A stretch of 47,388 nt of DNA, from NCBI GenBank assembly GCA_049472315.1, contig JBLIRN010000008.1, positions 1 to 47,388 on the forward strand. The letters are read 5' to 3'. This DNA comes from a bacterium (GTDB lineage: Bacteria > SZUA-182 > DTGQ01 > JAFGSM01). Shown in pieces: positions 10,350 to 20,379 of the stretch (the stretch's first letter is position 1; the number at the start of each line of letters is the position of its first letter). Under the pieces are notes generated by a model. The model ran no database searches. It was not told the origin of the DNA and saw only the letters and a program-made list of their open reading frames with translations. Made by a program: the position numbers and the translations under genes.

Positions 10350-11336
10350 TCATCGTCTGAATGGTCCGGGGTAAGGTGGCTGCCCCCGAGGGATGGAAAT
10401 CCCTGCAGGGGGAAATCCGGGCGGACTCGGGAAATTTCGTTGCGCGGGCTCCGGCAAATTCGGGGCTTGAGGAGACGGAGGAGCCACTGGTCTGCCTTGA
10501 GGCACGGCTCCCGGCGGCACAAACCCTTGCTGGGGTATGGGATACGCAGGCATATAGGGATATACCGGAATCCCCGGCTGCATGGGTATTGGCTGGCCGC
10601 CGGGGAGCTGGGGCATGGGGAATTGGCCCGGGATCATCCCGGGGTATCCCGGCGTCTCTTCCTCTCCGGATGAAAGCTTCCATATATCCAATTTCGTCGG
10701 CTCTCTCAAGAGGATCTCGTACCGCTCTCCGTCATCCTTTTCCAAAACAACCTTATCGGGTTGGATCTCCACCAGTTGAGCCTCTGAAATATAATCTCCG
10801 ATACGATATGCAGTGACCTTGTCTTGTTTTAGCTGACCCGGGAGGGTCGGTAACGGCACCTCCCGTATCTGTCCGTCGGCCAGACGGATCTTTCTCGTTC
10901 TCTCCTGTTGATCCTCCCTGCCCCAGCCCTGCATGATCGCATACCGTTTCGATTCACCAATGATAATGACGCCGAAAAGGTCCGGCTTCTTCATTTCGAG
11001 TTGAGGGGGCTGTCCGGGATACTGGGGAAAGGGAGCCGCCTGTTTGACCTCGGTCTCCTCCTCTTCAGGGGGGGGAGGCGGTTGCCACTCCTCACGCTCA
11101 GGTCTGAACAGGTCCTTTTCGATAATCGGTGCATAGCTCATGCGTGAGGATGGTGCATAATCGGGGCCATCGCCCGCCGATGAATAGGATGTCTCGGACC
11201 TTTGCATCTCCGCCACAGGACCGGGGGACGGTTTGATATCCACTGCCACCTTGGACCAGATCTTATACAGGTTATAGGAAAGTAATAGCACGATGACAAA
11301 GAGGCCCGCATTTATCAAAAAGATCTTTCGGAACAT
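10350..11336 (-). CDS. T2SS GspC-like bitopic protein with Pro-rich C-terminal tail
   Basis: N-terminal TM helix, KDLFRPER, HR-like LFGVIII...YRIGDYISEAQLVEIQPDKVVL; lies between gspM and gspD. Confidence 0.7.
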   Translation of the reverse strand: MFRKIFLINAGLFVIVLLLSYNLYKIWSKVAVDIKPSPGPVAEMQRSETSYSSAGDGPDYAPSSRMSYAPIIEKDLFRPEREEWQPPPPPEEEETEVKQAAPFPQYPGQPPQLEMKKPDLFGVIIIGESKRYAIMQGWGREDQQERTRKIRLADGQIREVPLPTLPGQLKQDKVTAYRIGDYISEAQLVEIQPDKVVLEKDDGERYEILLREPTKLDIWKLSSGEEETPGYPGMIPGQFPMPQLPGGQPIPMQPGIPVYPYMPAYPIPQQGFVPPGAVPQGRPVAPPSPQAPNLPEPAQRNFPSPPGFPPAGISIPRGQPPYPGPFRR

Positions 11337-11902
11337 CAACCCTCCCTTGCAATATCCTGTGCGACAATGAAACCGGATATCGTCAGATCGGCCCTGACAT
11401 CGATCGGGTTCCTGATGTTGATCACCCGAATATTCATCTTCGAGATATCCAAGAACTTCTCGAAATCCTCAATGGCGTAGATCAGGTTGGTCAGCTTCGT
11501 AATGCTGCACTTCAGGGTTATCTCTACCGGGACCTCGATGAACGGGCTTCGCTCAACGATGTCCAACTGTTTTTCACTGATGATGTCCACCCCTTCATCG
11601 GCAGCCATCTCCTTGAGGATATTCTGGAGCCGCGCTGCAACCACGGGCGGTTTATCCGGTGCCATCAGCCTGCTGCCATACTCCTGTTTCCTGCTCTTTA
11701 ATTGGTTGAGGTTGGCCTCCTTTTCAGGCCTCTGGCTGATCAGTCTGAGATAATTATTATACCGTTGTTCCTCGATTTCCAGCTTCTGGCTCACATCCCT
11801 GTTGAGGAAGAAGGGATATACGAGCGCAAAAAAGAGCACCACGCCGCCGAGTAAAACACCCAGTATAATCCACATCTTTTTGCCGAGTTTCGCCGGGATC
11901 AT
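11336..11902 (-). CDS. gspM: T2SS GspM/PilO-like protein
   Basis: TM helix, coiled coil and ferredoxin-like fold; position after gspL. Confidence 0.75.
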   Translation of the reverse strand: MIPAKLGKKMWIILGVLLGGVVLFFALVYPFFLNRDVSQKLEIEEQRYNNYLRLISQRPEKEANLNQLKSRKQEYGSRLMAPDKPPVVAARLQNILKEMAADEGVDIISEKQLDIVERSPFIEVPVEITLKCSITKLTNLIYAIEDFEKFLDISKMNIRVINIRNPIDVRADLTISGFIVAQDIAREG

Positions 11903-13440
11903 TCGCTCAACCCCTTTTGTACATCGGCCTTTATCCTGAACCGCTCTTTCTCCCCGCCCCTCTTGGTGATGGTGGATGGAAAGATGACATTCTCAAACAG
12001 GGGGGAATCCTCGAGGGTGCCGATGAGAATCGATGAAGAATCGGCATATCCGTTCAGCTCGATGCCGTCATTCGCAATCGTGGCCCTGTCCAACCAGGCG
12101 TCCTCCGGTATGAGCGAACTCAGCTCCTTCAGGATCTCCAGCTTGCTTACGCGGGAATTCATCAAGTCCTGTATCTTACGGGTCTCCTGAGAAACCTGTT
12201 CGATCCTCAGGGTGAGTTCCTTTACCTCCTGCACCTGATCCTGGAGTTCCCGAGAGGCAGTGAGTACCTTATTGAGCTTCATCCGTTTCGGGAGATAAAA
12301 CCGGTTGTCCTTGCCGAAACCGGTATATACGGTTGATGTCAGGAGCACGAACAATAATGAGATGAGAATAAGGGCCATGCCGAATGCATGGGATTTCTTT
12401 CGTACCCGCATCTCCGGCGGGAGAAGGTTGATATCGGTAAACCTTTCCTTGAGCCCCTTTGCGGACAGACCCGTTGCCAGGGCGAGGGCGGATGCGATCC
12501 GCCCGGGTATCTTTTTATCCGTCAATCCCTGAAATGGGTTGGGTATGAGCACCTCGATCCCCGCCTGTTCATGGAAATAGTCAGCCAGATAGGGGTAGTC
12601 GTAGGTATTGATACCGGTCAGGATGACCCGTTTCAGAGGATCGTTCAAAGGGGGATCGGTTGCCCTCAGCCACTGCCCGACGGTAGTGAGCAATCCGGAA
12701 CCGAGGGTTCTTGTCTGCACGTCGATCGGCGAGGGTTCCTGATCCGTTGCCCCGGGTTCTTCGGTGCGGGCCACCTGATCCATGATGAAATCGTCATCCA
12801 GCCTCCCCTCCTTCACCGGGATGCTTCTGCTGAAAAGGACCTTGTTTCCTCGAACCAGGTCAAGCTCGAATTCCCTTTCACCAAAGTCGACCAGGAGGCC
12901 AAGGGTCCGGTCATCCAGATCCTCGCAGGCAGGACAATCCTGCAAGGCAAAGGTTACCGGGGTGGCCAGGGTAGGGATGAGATCCGCCCTTTCCATGATC
13001 ATGAGATAGAAATCGAGATCCTCCTTGCGAATGAGCCCCAGGATGATCCTCTGTTTCGATTCGGATACCTTTCCCATGATCTTATAATCATAGTATACCT
13101 CCTGGGAGGGAAGCGGAATGTGCCGTTCGATCTCATAGGATATGAGCTCCTTCAACTCCTCCGGATCAAGAATCGGCAGATTCACCTCCCTGAGGATGAC
13201 CTTGTCCCTGGGGAGGCCCAGAATCACCTCGGGCGGACGAGTGTGTCGTGCCAGGAACGACTTGAGGTCCGCCACCATTTCACCGACCACCTCCCCTTCC
13301 CGTGCCTTATCCGTCACGGCCGGATAACGCTTGATGAGATAGTCCACCAATACGACGCGGTTGAATGCCCTGCCCAGCAACACCACGCGAAGCGTATCCT
13401 CGCGGAAATCTATTCCCAGGCTCTGTTGTAAGTAAAGCAT
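11899..13440 (-). CDS. gspL: T2SS GspL (PilM-like cytoplasmic domain plus PilN periplasmic domain)
   Basis: LGIDF actin-like start, DINLLPPE before the TM helix, PilN-like LSSLIPEDAWL...LEDSPLFENV. Confidence 0.82.
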   Translation of the reverse strand: MLYLQQSLGIDFREDTLRVVLLGRAFNRVVLVDYLIKRYPAVTDKAREGEVVGEMVADLKSFLARHTRPPEVILGLPRDKVILREVNLPILDPEELKELISYEIERHIPLPSQEVYYDYKIMGKVSESKQRIILGLIRKEDLDFYLMIMERADLIPTLATPVTFALQDCPACEDLDDRTLGLLVDFGEREFELDLVRGNKVLFSRSIPVKEGRLDDDFIMDQVARTEEPGATDQEPSPIDVQTRTLGSGLLTTVGQWLRATDPPLNDPLKRVILTGINTYDYPYLADYFHEQAGIEVLIPNPFQGLTDKKIPGRIASALALATGLSAKGLKERFTDINLLPPEMRVRKKSHAFGMALILISLLFVLLTSTVYTGFGKDNRFYLPKRMKLNKVLTASRELQDQVQEVKELTLRIEQVSQETRKIQDLMNSRVSKLEILKELSSLIPEDAWLDRATIANDGIELNGYADSSSILIGTLEDSPLFENVIFPSTITKRGGEKERFRIKADVQKGLSE

Positions 13441-13533
13441 TGTATGTGCCGTTCGTTCCTTTCTAAAAAACGGTCAATTCAATATCCGTCCATTGTTCGG
13501 GGATGTTCGGACGATCCCCTCATTCCCTATACG

Positions 13534-14625
13534 CTAAAGCGTTTCTTCCTCTTCGCCAATCTTGTTCGGATCCAACTCCTGAACAGGCATATAATTATCC
13601 GACCAGGAAAGCATCTGGATTTTCCTGCCCCCTATGATCTTGATCTCGGCCTTTACCTTCCTTCGTACGGGGCTTCCCTTCACCCATCCGGTCGCCACGA
13701 TATCGTACTGCGTGGGCTTCGACTGCTCCTGCACGATCCGTTCCCCGAAATCATCAAAAAGATTCTCAAAATCCTCCGGCTCGTTTTTCACGTCATCGGT
13801 GGGGGCATTGATAAAATTTCGATTGGGTTTATTGTGGGTGAGGAAGGGATGAGCGGTGACCCGCGAATACAGCTCGCTCAAGAGCCTCTTTTTCTCGTCC
13901 CGCTCTTCATCGGTCTCGTCTCCCTCCAATCGCAGGCCACGAATGAGGGCCAGTTCCGCGACCGAGTAAAACCGGTCGTCCTTGCATTCATATCCCTTCC
14001 AATTATCCTCGTACCAGTCATCCTCCGCGCTGTCCGGGCCGGAAAGATCCGAATCGGCGTCAGCCCAGTCGATGATCGCATTCTTGAGCATGCTCAGGTG
14101 GGCGCTCGCCGCCTCCACCCCGCAGGCCACCAGGACATCCTCCAGATCCTTCTGATTGCTTTTTGCAAGGTAATTGAGATCGTAGCGGTCCTCCTTGACG
14201 TGATACTCAATACTGCAGGTGCCGCCGCCCAAATCGACCTCTCTTTTCCACACAGGATTCGCATCCCTGTCAGCCCTCTGGGGTCGAAAGTCCACTGCGC
14301 CATCCTTGTTCGCCACGGGGGTGTCCTTGGTGATGGCCACGCTCGCCACATAGGTGAGCTCATACTGCGCCAGTTCGGCTGCGGCCCTGGCCAGGTAGTA
14401 CGCCTCAATCCGATCCCTGAAGTTCCGGGTGATCTCCGACTCCGTTCTCATGGAGGAGGCAAACTGGAGCACAATGATATCCAGCATTATCAACACCCAT
14501 AAGATCATCATGAGTGCGATCCCGCGGTTTCCGATTGCCACAATGCCGCGGACCTTGCGGAAAAGCCCTTTACAATGTTCAAATTTCGGAACCATGTTCC
14601 CCTTTCTCCAGTGAATGATAATCAT
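13534..14625 (-). CDS. gspK: T2SS minor pseudopilin GspK
   Basis: RG|IALMMILWV prepilin site lacking E5, AYYLARA, DLN, AIIDWADAD, SVAELALIRG. Confidence 0.88.
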   Translation of the reverse strand: MIIIHWRKGNMVPKFEHCKGLFRKVRGIVAIGNRGIALMMILWVLIMLDIIVLQFASSMRTESEITRNFRDRIEAYYLARAAAELAQYELTYVASVAITKDTPVANKDGAVDFRPQRADRDANPVWKREVDLGGGTCSIEYHVKEDRYDLNYLAKSNQKDLEDVLVACGVEAASAHLSMLKNAIIDWADADSDLSGPDSAEDDWYEDNWKGYECKDDRFYSVAELALIRGLRLEGDETDEERDEKKRLLSELYSRVTAHPFLTHNKPNRNFINAPTDDVKNEPEDFENLFDDFGERIVQEQSKPTQYDIVATGWVKGSPVRRKVKAEIKIIGGRKIQMLSWSDNYMPVQELDPNKIGEEEETL

Positions 14626-15461
14626 TCCTCCGTATAGGACTCGATGGTCACCTCGAACACCACCTCTTCGGTCTCCCCTTCCTCGCTGGCAAAGATCTTG
14701 GGACGCATCATTCTCACCTCAACCTTCTGCGGTAGGGTATCCTGAATCAATCCCTTATCGCACGAACAAAGGTCCTGGAAGGGGTTCCATGTCTCATACC
14801 AATCGGGCTCCTCATCTCCTCGATGAATTCCATAATACCTGAAGCTGAGCTCGGTGACCTCGGGATAGATGGAATAGACAAACGGGTCGTATTTGAACTC
14901 GTCGGCACCCTTCTCACATCGATCGCATAATGTCTCAAAGCGAAAGAAATCGGAGAAGAGCCATGCATATTCCTCCATCACCACCCCTTCGTATTCGCTG
15001 TTATAATGCTGCCCCAAGTAGTAGGTTACCACCCGATAGCTGTCCTTGTTCAGACTCGGGTCAAGGCCGGGATTCGTGGTGACAAATCTGATCCGGTCCG
15101 ACTCCCCGATGAACAGCACCGCCTTCTGATTGCACCCCTTTCCTTCGGGACAGATGGGTATTTTACCATAATCCCCCTGTCTTCTCCCACCGGAAAGTGG
15201 GATCGACCTGATATCCTCGGAGAGGATATCGTAGGTCACCCGCATTCTCTGCAGCCGGTCGATCCGTTCCTCCCCTTTCTCCCATGATCTGCTGCCGAGG
15301 CGCATGGCTCCGAATATCACCCCCAGAATGAGCGTCAGGATGGTCACCGATATCATCAATTCGAGCAATGTAAATCCTGACTGGTGGTGTATGTTCCCCA
15401 CGGTGACCTTATTCCTCCTCCTCCAGTATCTTAATACTGGTAAAACTGACCTCCCTGTCAT
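14622..15461 (-). CDS. gspJ: T2SS minor pseudopilin GspJ (true start probably downstream)
   Basis: SG|FTLLELMISV prepilin motif; C-terminal W..LPQKVEV. Confidence 0.82.
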   Translation of the reverse strand: MTGRSVLPVLRYWRRRNKVTVGNIHHQSGFTLLELMISVTILTLILGVIFGAMRLGSRSWEKGEERIDRLQRMRVTYDILSEDIRSIPLSGGRRQGDYGKIPICPEGKGCNQKAVLFIGESDRIRFVTTNPGLDPSLNKDSYRVVTYYLGQHYNSEYEGVVMEEYAWLFSDFFRFETLCDRCEKGADEFKYDPFVYSIYPEVTELSFRYYGIHRGDEEPDWYETWNPFQDLCSCDKGLIQDTLPQKVEVRMMRPKIFASEEGETEEVVFEVTIESYTEE

Positions 15462-15864
15462 GCAAGCCCGATGCCCAGCGCACCGTGACCGTTATCTGGT
15501 AGGGATGAGAGGTCTGGTCCTCCAGGGGGCCGCTCTCTTCTTCAATATCGGTAGACAATCCTTCCGGCAATATATAGGGCTCAGGTTCGCTGATCTCCCA
15601 TCGGTACCCCTCCATGAGAGCGCTGTCAAACTCCCCTGTCTTGATGAGCTCTTCGAATTCCTCCATGGTCGTTACCGCAAGGGCCTGGTCCATCTTCTCC
15701 TTCGCCCCCATCACCCCCAGCGTATAGTCATAGGAGATCTTTGCGGAGCGCAGGGCGCCTGAAAGGAGTTGAATGATCGTTACCAGGGCGGTGGCCATAA
15801 TGGCCATTGCCACCATGATTTCAAGCAGGGTGAAACCCTTATCATGGTCAATCCCATACAGCAT
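15409..15864 (-). CDS. gspI: T2SS minor pseudopilin GspI
   Basis: KG|FTLLEIMVAMAI; YQITVTVRW; gene order. Confidence 0.82.
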   Translation of the reverse strand: MLYGIDHDKGFTLLEIMVAMAIMATALVTIIQLLSGALRSAKISYDYTLGVMGAKEKMDQALAVTTMEEFEELIKTGEFDSALMEGYRWEISEPEPYILPEGLSTDIEEESGPLEDQTSHPYQITVTVRWASGLHDREVSFTSIKILEEEE

Positions 15865-15870
15865 AACGAT

Positions 15871-16452
15871 TTATTCCTCTTCGGCAGTTGCCTTGACCCG
15901 ACCGGTAACCGGGTCGATGGTAAGGATGAAGGAGGTCTCGCGGTCCGCCAAGGCGAATCGCAGCTCACCGCCGGATGCGAACCCGCGGGACAGAAAGGAG
16001 ATTTCGTATTCCCCCTCATCCATCCATTCGCTTTCCTTACTGGTTCTCCAGCTCAGCGTGATGGCAGGTTCGATTTTCTCCGTCTTTTTTTCCCGTTCCA
16101 GTTCCGGCAAAGATTGCTGGTTTTCGACAAATTCGTCGTCCTCAAATTCCTCCTGGGCCATTTCCTTCTGCCGCACCCTGTAGAAGGTGTAAATATCGCT
16201 CTCCTCCGGATCACTCCTGAGTGTAAAGGTGACCTTTTGGTCGGACTGGGTGGCAACCGCCGAACTCCGTGCGTACCTTAAAACCGCCGAGCATGTGCGG
16301 ACAGCAGCGCGAAGCTTCATATTGGCGATCGCCCCACTGAACCGAGGCGCACCAACGGCGGTGACGATCGAGATAATCGCAAGGACGATGACCAATTCAA
16401 TCAAGGTGAAGCCGCACGGCCTTGCCGTGTGAACGGTGAAATACATCGGCAT
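15871..16452 (-). CDS. gspH: T2SS minor pseudopilin GspH/FimT
   Basis: CG|FTLIELVIVL, YARSSAV, ISFLSRGFASGG, IDPVTGRV. Confidence 0.85.
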   Translation of the reverse strand: MPMYFTVHTARPCGFTLIELVIVLAIISIVTAVGAPRFSGAIANMKLRAAVRTCSAVLRYARSSAVATQSDQKVTFTLRSDPEESDIYTFYRVRQKEMAQEEFEDDEFVENQQSLPELEREKKTEKIEPAITLSWRTSKESEWMDEGEYEISFLSRGFASGGELRFALADRETSFILTIDPVTGRVKATAEEE

Positions 16453-16916
16453 CAGCCCGCAGGCACCACGGAGCCCTCGTGCATTCCCGCTCCCTCGGGG
16501 ATATCCGCATTCTCTCCATCGCCGCCGGGCTGCCCGTCCGCGCCATAGGATTGAAGCACGTAATCGTCCTCCTGCCTTGCATAGTGGTACTCGTTATCCC
16601 AAGGGTCCTTCGGTATCTCCTTTCTGAGGTATGGTCCGAACCACTTGCCCTCGTCCACGTCCGTCGGCTTCATCACCAGATCCTGCAGACGTTCCGGATA
16701 TCGCCCCACATCCAGGCGATAGGCATCCAGGGCGGTCTCGAACATGGCGATCTGTCCCTTCGCCGTCTTGATCTTGGCCTGGCCGACTTGCTTGAACATC
16801 TTGGGACCAACCAGGGTTGCCAAAAGGCCGATGATGATCATGACCACCAGCAATTCTATAAGGGTAAAACCTTGCTGCGAGTCTCGCAATACCCCTTCCC
16901 TTCTCTTTTGTTTCAT
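16452..16916 (-). CDS. gspG: T2SS major pseudopilin GspG
   Basis: QG|FTLIELLVV, ALDAYRLDVGRYP, WFGPYL, KDPWDNEY, SYGADGQPGGDGENADI; start MKQK follows GGAGG. Confidence 0.96.
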   Translation of the reverse strand: MKQKRREGVLRDSQQGFTLIELLVVMIIIGLLATLVGPKMFKQVGQAKIKTAKGQIAMFETALDAYRLDVGRYPERLQDLVMKPTDVDEGKWFGPYLRKEIPKDPWDNEYHYARQEDDYVLQSYGADGQPGGDGENADIPEGAGMHEGSVVPAG

Positions 16917-17082
16917 GGTTTCCTCCAAAAAATTTGGGCCTGACATGCCAGACCCAATCGCATATGGTATGAATAGTGTTTCAGTTCAGATCCGAAATCC
17001 GAATCCTGATTTTTTTCCTACGCGTCTTTCGGTGCCTCCCTATACATTTCCTTCGGGGATAGTCGTTTTTTCGTTCCTGTGA

Positions 17083-18306
17083 TCAAAATGGTATTTCATT
17101 GATACTGAAGATCGCAAGAAGCATGCCGATCACGATGACGGCGACAATGCCTCCCATGATCAGGATAAGCAGTGGCTCAAGCAGTCCCACCATTCTCTTG
17201 ACGGATGTCCGCACATCGACCTCGAAGGCATCGGCGACCTTGAACAGCATATTCTCCAACTGACCGGTCTCTTCCCCCACGTCGATCATGTGCACGGCAA
17301 GGGGAGGGAAAACGCCGCTTTGCTTGAGGGGTTCCGATATCTTCTCCCCTTCCTTGAGACTGCTCTGGACACTGCTAATGGCCCTGGAAATAACCGTATT
17401 CCCGACGATGTCCTTGACGATGTTCAGGGCCTGGAGGATCGGGACACCGCTCTGGATCAGTGTCCCAAAGGTCCTCGCAAAACGGGCGATTTCTATCTTC
17501 TGGACGAGTCCCCCAAACATAGGCATCTTCAGCTTCAGGCGGTCCCAGTTCCATCTGCCCCGGGGGGTGGTGATGTACCGCCGGACGCTCATGATGAGGA
17601 CAAGGGCCACCCCTGCAAGGAGCCACCAGTAGTCCACGAGAAACTGGCTGAAACCAAGGAGCATCTGGGTGAGCAGCGGAAGGCTTTTCCCCATGTCGGC
17701 GAAGATGACCCTGAATTTCGGAACCACGAACACGAGCAACACGGTCACTGCTATGCCGCTTACCACGGTGAGAAGGATCGGATAGATGAGGGCGCTCTTT
17801 ATGTTTTCCCTAAGATCGTGCGAGCTTTCCAGGAACTCGGCCAACCGGGCAAGAACCGCTTCCAGCACGCCACCTGCTTCGCCGGCCTTTACCATGTTCA
17901 CATAGAGCTTGGAGAAATACTTGGGGTGCTGGGCGAGTGCATCCGCAAACAGACTCCCCCCATGCACATTCTTGTGGACATCATCGATGATGGAGGCAAG
18001 TTTTTCATTCGTCGACAATTGCTTGAGCGTGGAAAGGCTGCGATCCAGGGGAATGGCGGAACCTGTCAGGGTGGCCAATTGCTGGGTAAAGCCCAGGATC
18101 TCATTATTGCTCACCCTCTGAAAGAGCCGTTTTCCCCGTACCCGTTCGGAAAGGGATGCGCGGGTGGCGGCACCTTGCTCGATCTTTATGGGGAAATAGG
18201 CGGATGCCTGGAGCCGGTTTATGACCGAGGACCTATCCTTGGCCTCCATGGTCCCGGTGACAATGTTCCCAGCCTTATCAGCGGCTTTATAGACAAAGAC
18301 GGCCAT
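17083..18306 (-). CDS. gspF: T2SS inner-membrane platform protein GspF
   Basis: FVYKA start, AGEAGGVL, ALIYP, VGEETGQL, LLEPLLI. Confidence 0.95.
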   Translation of the reverse strand: MAVFVYKAADKAGNIVTGTMEAKDRSSVINRLQASAYFPIKIEQGAATRASLSERVRGKRLFQRVSNNEILGFTQQLATLTGSAIPLDRSLSTLKQLSTNEKLASIIDDVHKNVHGGSLFADALAQHPKYFSKLYVNMVKAGEAGGVLEAVLARLAEFLESSHDLRENIKSALIYPILLTVVSGIAVTVLLVFVVPKFRVIFADMGKSLPLLTQMLLGFSQFLVDYWWLLAGVALVLIMSVRRYITTPRGRWNWDRLKLKMPMFGGLVQKIEIARFARTFGTLIQSGVPILQALNIVKDIVGNTVISRAISSVQSSLKEGEKISEPLKQSGVFPPLAVHMIDVGEETGQLENMLFKVADAFEVDVRTSVKRMVGLLEPLLILIMGGIVAVIVIGMLLAIFSINEIPF

Positions 18307-18316
18307 GACCCTGTGC

Positions 18317-20038
18317 CTATTCCTCCATGAGCCCGACCAATTCTTCCTCCCGTGTCACTCGAAGGACCTCCTCAATGGTCGTGATTCCTTGTCTAACTTT
18401 GTTCCAGCCGTCATCCCGCAGGGTCCTGAGGCCCAGTTGGACAGCCTTCTGCCTGATGATGTTTGCCCCCACCTTTTCTATGACCATTGCCCTGATCGGT
18501 TCCGTAAGGGTCAAAAGCTCGAAGATACCCGTTCTCCCATGGTACCCCGTGTTCTTGCACACATCGCATCCCTTTCCGCGATAGGCTATCCTGATGTCCT
18601 TTGCCTGGGAGTCCATCTGATCGAACAACTTCTTGTCCGGGACAATGGGCTGCTTGCACTGTTTGCATATGACCCTGACAAGCCTCTGTGCCAGGATCCC
18701 CTCCAGACAAGAGGAAACGAGGTATCCTTCCACTCCCATATCCAGAAGGCGTGTGATTGCTCCGGGTGCGTCGTTGGTGTGCAGGGTGGAAAAGACCATA
18801 TGACCGGTCAATGCCGACTGAATGGCAATCTCAGCGGTCTCTTTATCCCTTATTTCTCCCACCATCATAATATCGGGGTCCTGCCGGACAATCGACCGCA
18901 AGCCATTGGCAAAGGTCAATCCGATCTTCGGATTGACCTGTATCTGATTGACCCCGCTCAGCTGATACTCTACCGGGTCTTCCACGGTGATGATCTTCTT
19001 TTCCGGGGAATTTATCTTCTCCAGGGCGGCATAGAGTGTGGTTGTCTTGCCGCTTCCGGTGGGCCCGGTCACCAGAATGATGCCGTGTGGTTTGTGTATG
19101 AGGTGCCCGAACTCCTTCAATTTGTCACGGGGAAATCCCAGGTCTTCGAGGCTGAGGAGGATACTTCCTCTGTCCAGGACCCTCATGACCACGCTCTCTC
19201 CGTAAAGGGTCGGAACCGAGGACACCCTCAGATCGATCTTTTTCCCCGCCACCCTCAGGCGGACCCGTCCGTCCTGGGGAAGCCTTCGTTCCGCGATATT
19301 CAAATTCGCCATGATCTTCACCCTGGAGATGATGGCTGCCTGAATGCGCTTGGGCGGCGATTCAATATCGTGCAGGATGCCGTCGATACGAAACCTCACC
19401 ATCAGCCTGTCCTCGAAGGGCTCAATGTGAATGTCGCTCGCCTCTTCTTCGATAGCCTTGGAGATAAACAGGTTGACAAGTTTGATGATCGGGGCCTCCG
19501 ATGCCATATCGCGCAGATGATCGATGTCCTCCTCTTCCCCGGAGGCGAGGAGCTGGAGTTCCTCATCGGCCATGTCCCCGATGATCTTTTCCATGGTGGA
19601 GGCGCCTCCGCCGTAGTGCTGATCGATAGCAGCAAGGACATCCGATTCCTTTGACACGTATACGCGAACCTTGCACTTGGTGAACAGGCGCAGTTCATCT
19701 ATGGTGTAAAGATCGATGGGGTCGCTCATGGCCACCCGGAGGGTGCCATCCTTTATATCCAAGGGGAAAAATTTGTATTGACGCATAAACTTCTGAGAAA
19801 AGTCCACATCCAGAATGGGGGTATCAGGATATTCCGACTTCGACAAAAATGGCATATGCAGTTGCTCACCAAGGGTCTTATAAAGATCATCCTCTGAGAT
19901 AAATCCCAGGTCCATGAGCACCTTTCCCAGCCTTTCGGCTGTCTGCTTCTGCTGCTCAATGGCCTTTTCCAGATCCTCCTTGGTGATGAGGCCCTTGTTG
20001 ATGAGAAGGTCTCCCAATCTATTCTGAGGCAAAGGCAC
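18317..20038 (-). CDS. gspE: T2SS ATPase GspE with N-terminal MshEN-like motif
   Basis: RLGDLL...RLGKVL, ASDIHIEP, ERRLPQDG, GPTGSGKTT, RQDPDIMMVGEIRD, STLHTND, CxxC..CxxC. Confidence 0.96.
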   Translation of the reverse strand: MPLPQNRLGDLLINKGLITKEDLEKAIEQQKQTAERLGKVLMDLGFISEDDLYKTLGEQLHMPFLSKSEYPDTPILDVDFSQKFMRQYKFFPLDIKDGTLRVAMSDPIDLYTIDELRLFTKCKVRVYVSKESDVLAAIDQHYGGGASTMEKIIGDMADEELQLLASGEEEDIDHLRDMASEAPIIKLVNLFISKAIEEEASDIHIEPFEDRLMVRFRIDGILHDIESPPKRIQAAIISRVKIMANLNIAERRLPQDGRVRLRVAGKKIDLRVSSVPTLYGESVVMRVLDRGSILLSLEDLGFPRDKLKEFGHLIHKPHGIILVTGPTGSGKTTTLYAALEKINSPEKKIITVEDPVEYQLSGVNQIQVNPKIGLTFANGLRSIVRQDPDIMMVGEIRDKETAEIAIQSALTGHMVFSTLHTNDAPGAITRLLDMGVEGYLVSSCLEGILAQRLVRVICKQCKQPIVPDKKLFDQMDSQAKDIRIAYRGKGCDVCKNTGYHGRTGIFELLTLTEPIRAMVIEKVGANIIRQKAVQLGLRTLRDDGWNKVRQGITTIEEVLRVTREEELVGLMEE

Positions 20039-20379
20039 GTTAAAAACCTCCCAAACTCTTTGATTTTTGGAACTATTTTAAATCAGTATATCGTATCGTT
20101 ACTATCAAGTCAACTCCGTTTACCCGCACCCAGCATAGGGCTTTCACTGTATCAACGGGAATCATTCCCCCTGCGGGTATCATCTGCATAGTAAAGTGAT
20201 TCAATTATGCAAAAGATATGCCTTCTTTTTCCACCCAGCGCATCCCTTCTTTGACTGCACCTCCCATCTGTGGTACGTTATGATATCAGTTGTTGTGCCA
20301 TTTGTGTCGAATATACAGCGTTCACTGGATTGAAACGGGGTGAACTGAAGCCGATAACCATAGCAGGAGTTTTTGTGAC

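Noticed and set aside
18305..19654. 449-aa plus-strand ORF, and similar ones at 12388, 13444, 17290, 44030 and 45713
   Set aside because: Antisense shadows of well-supported genes.
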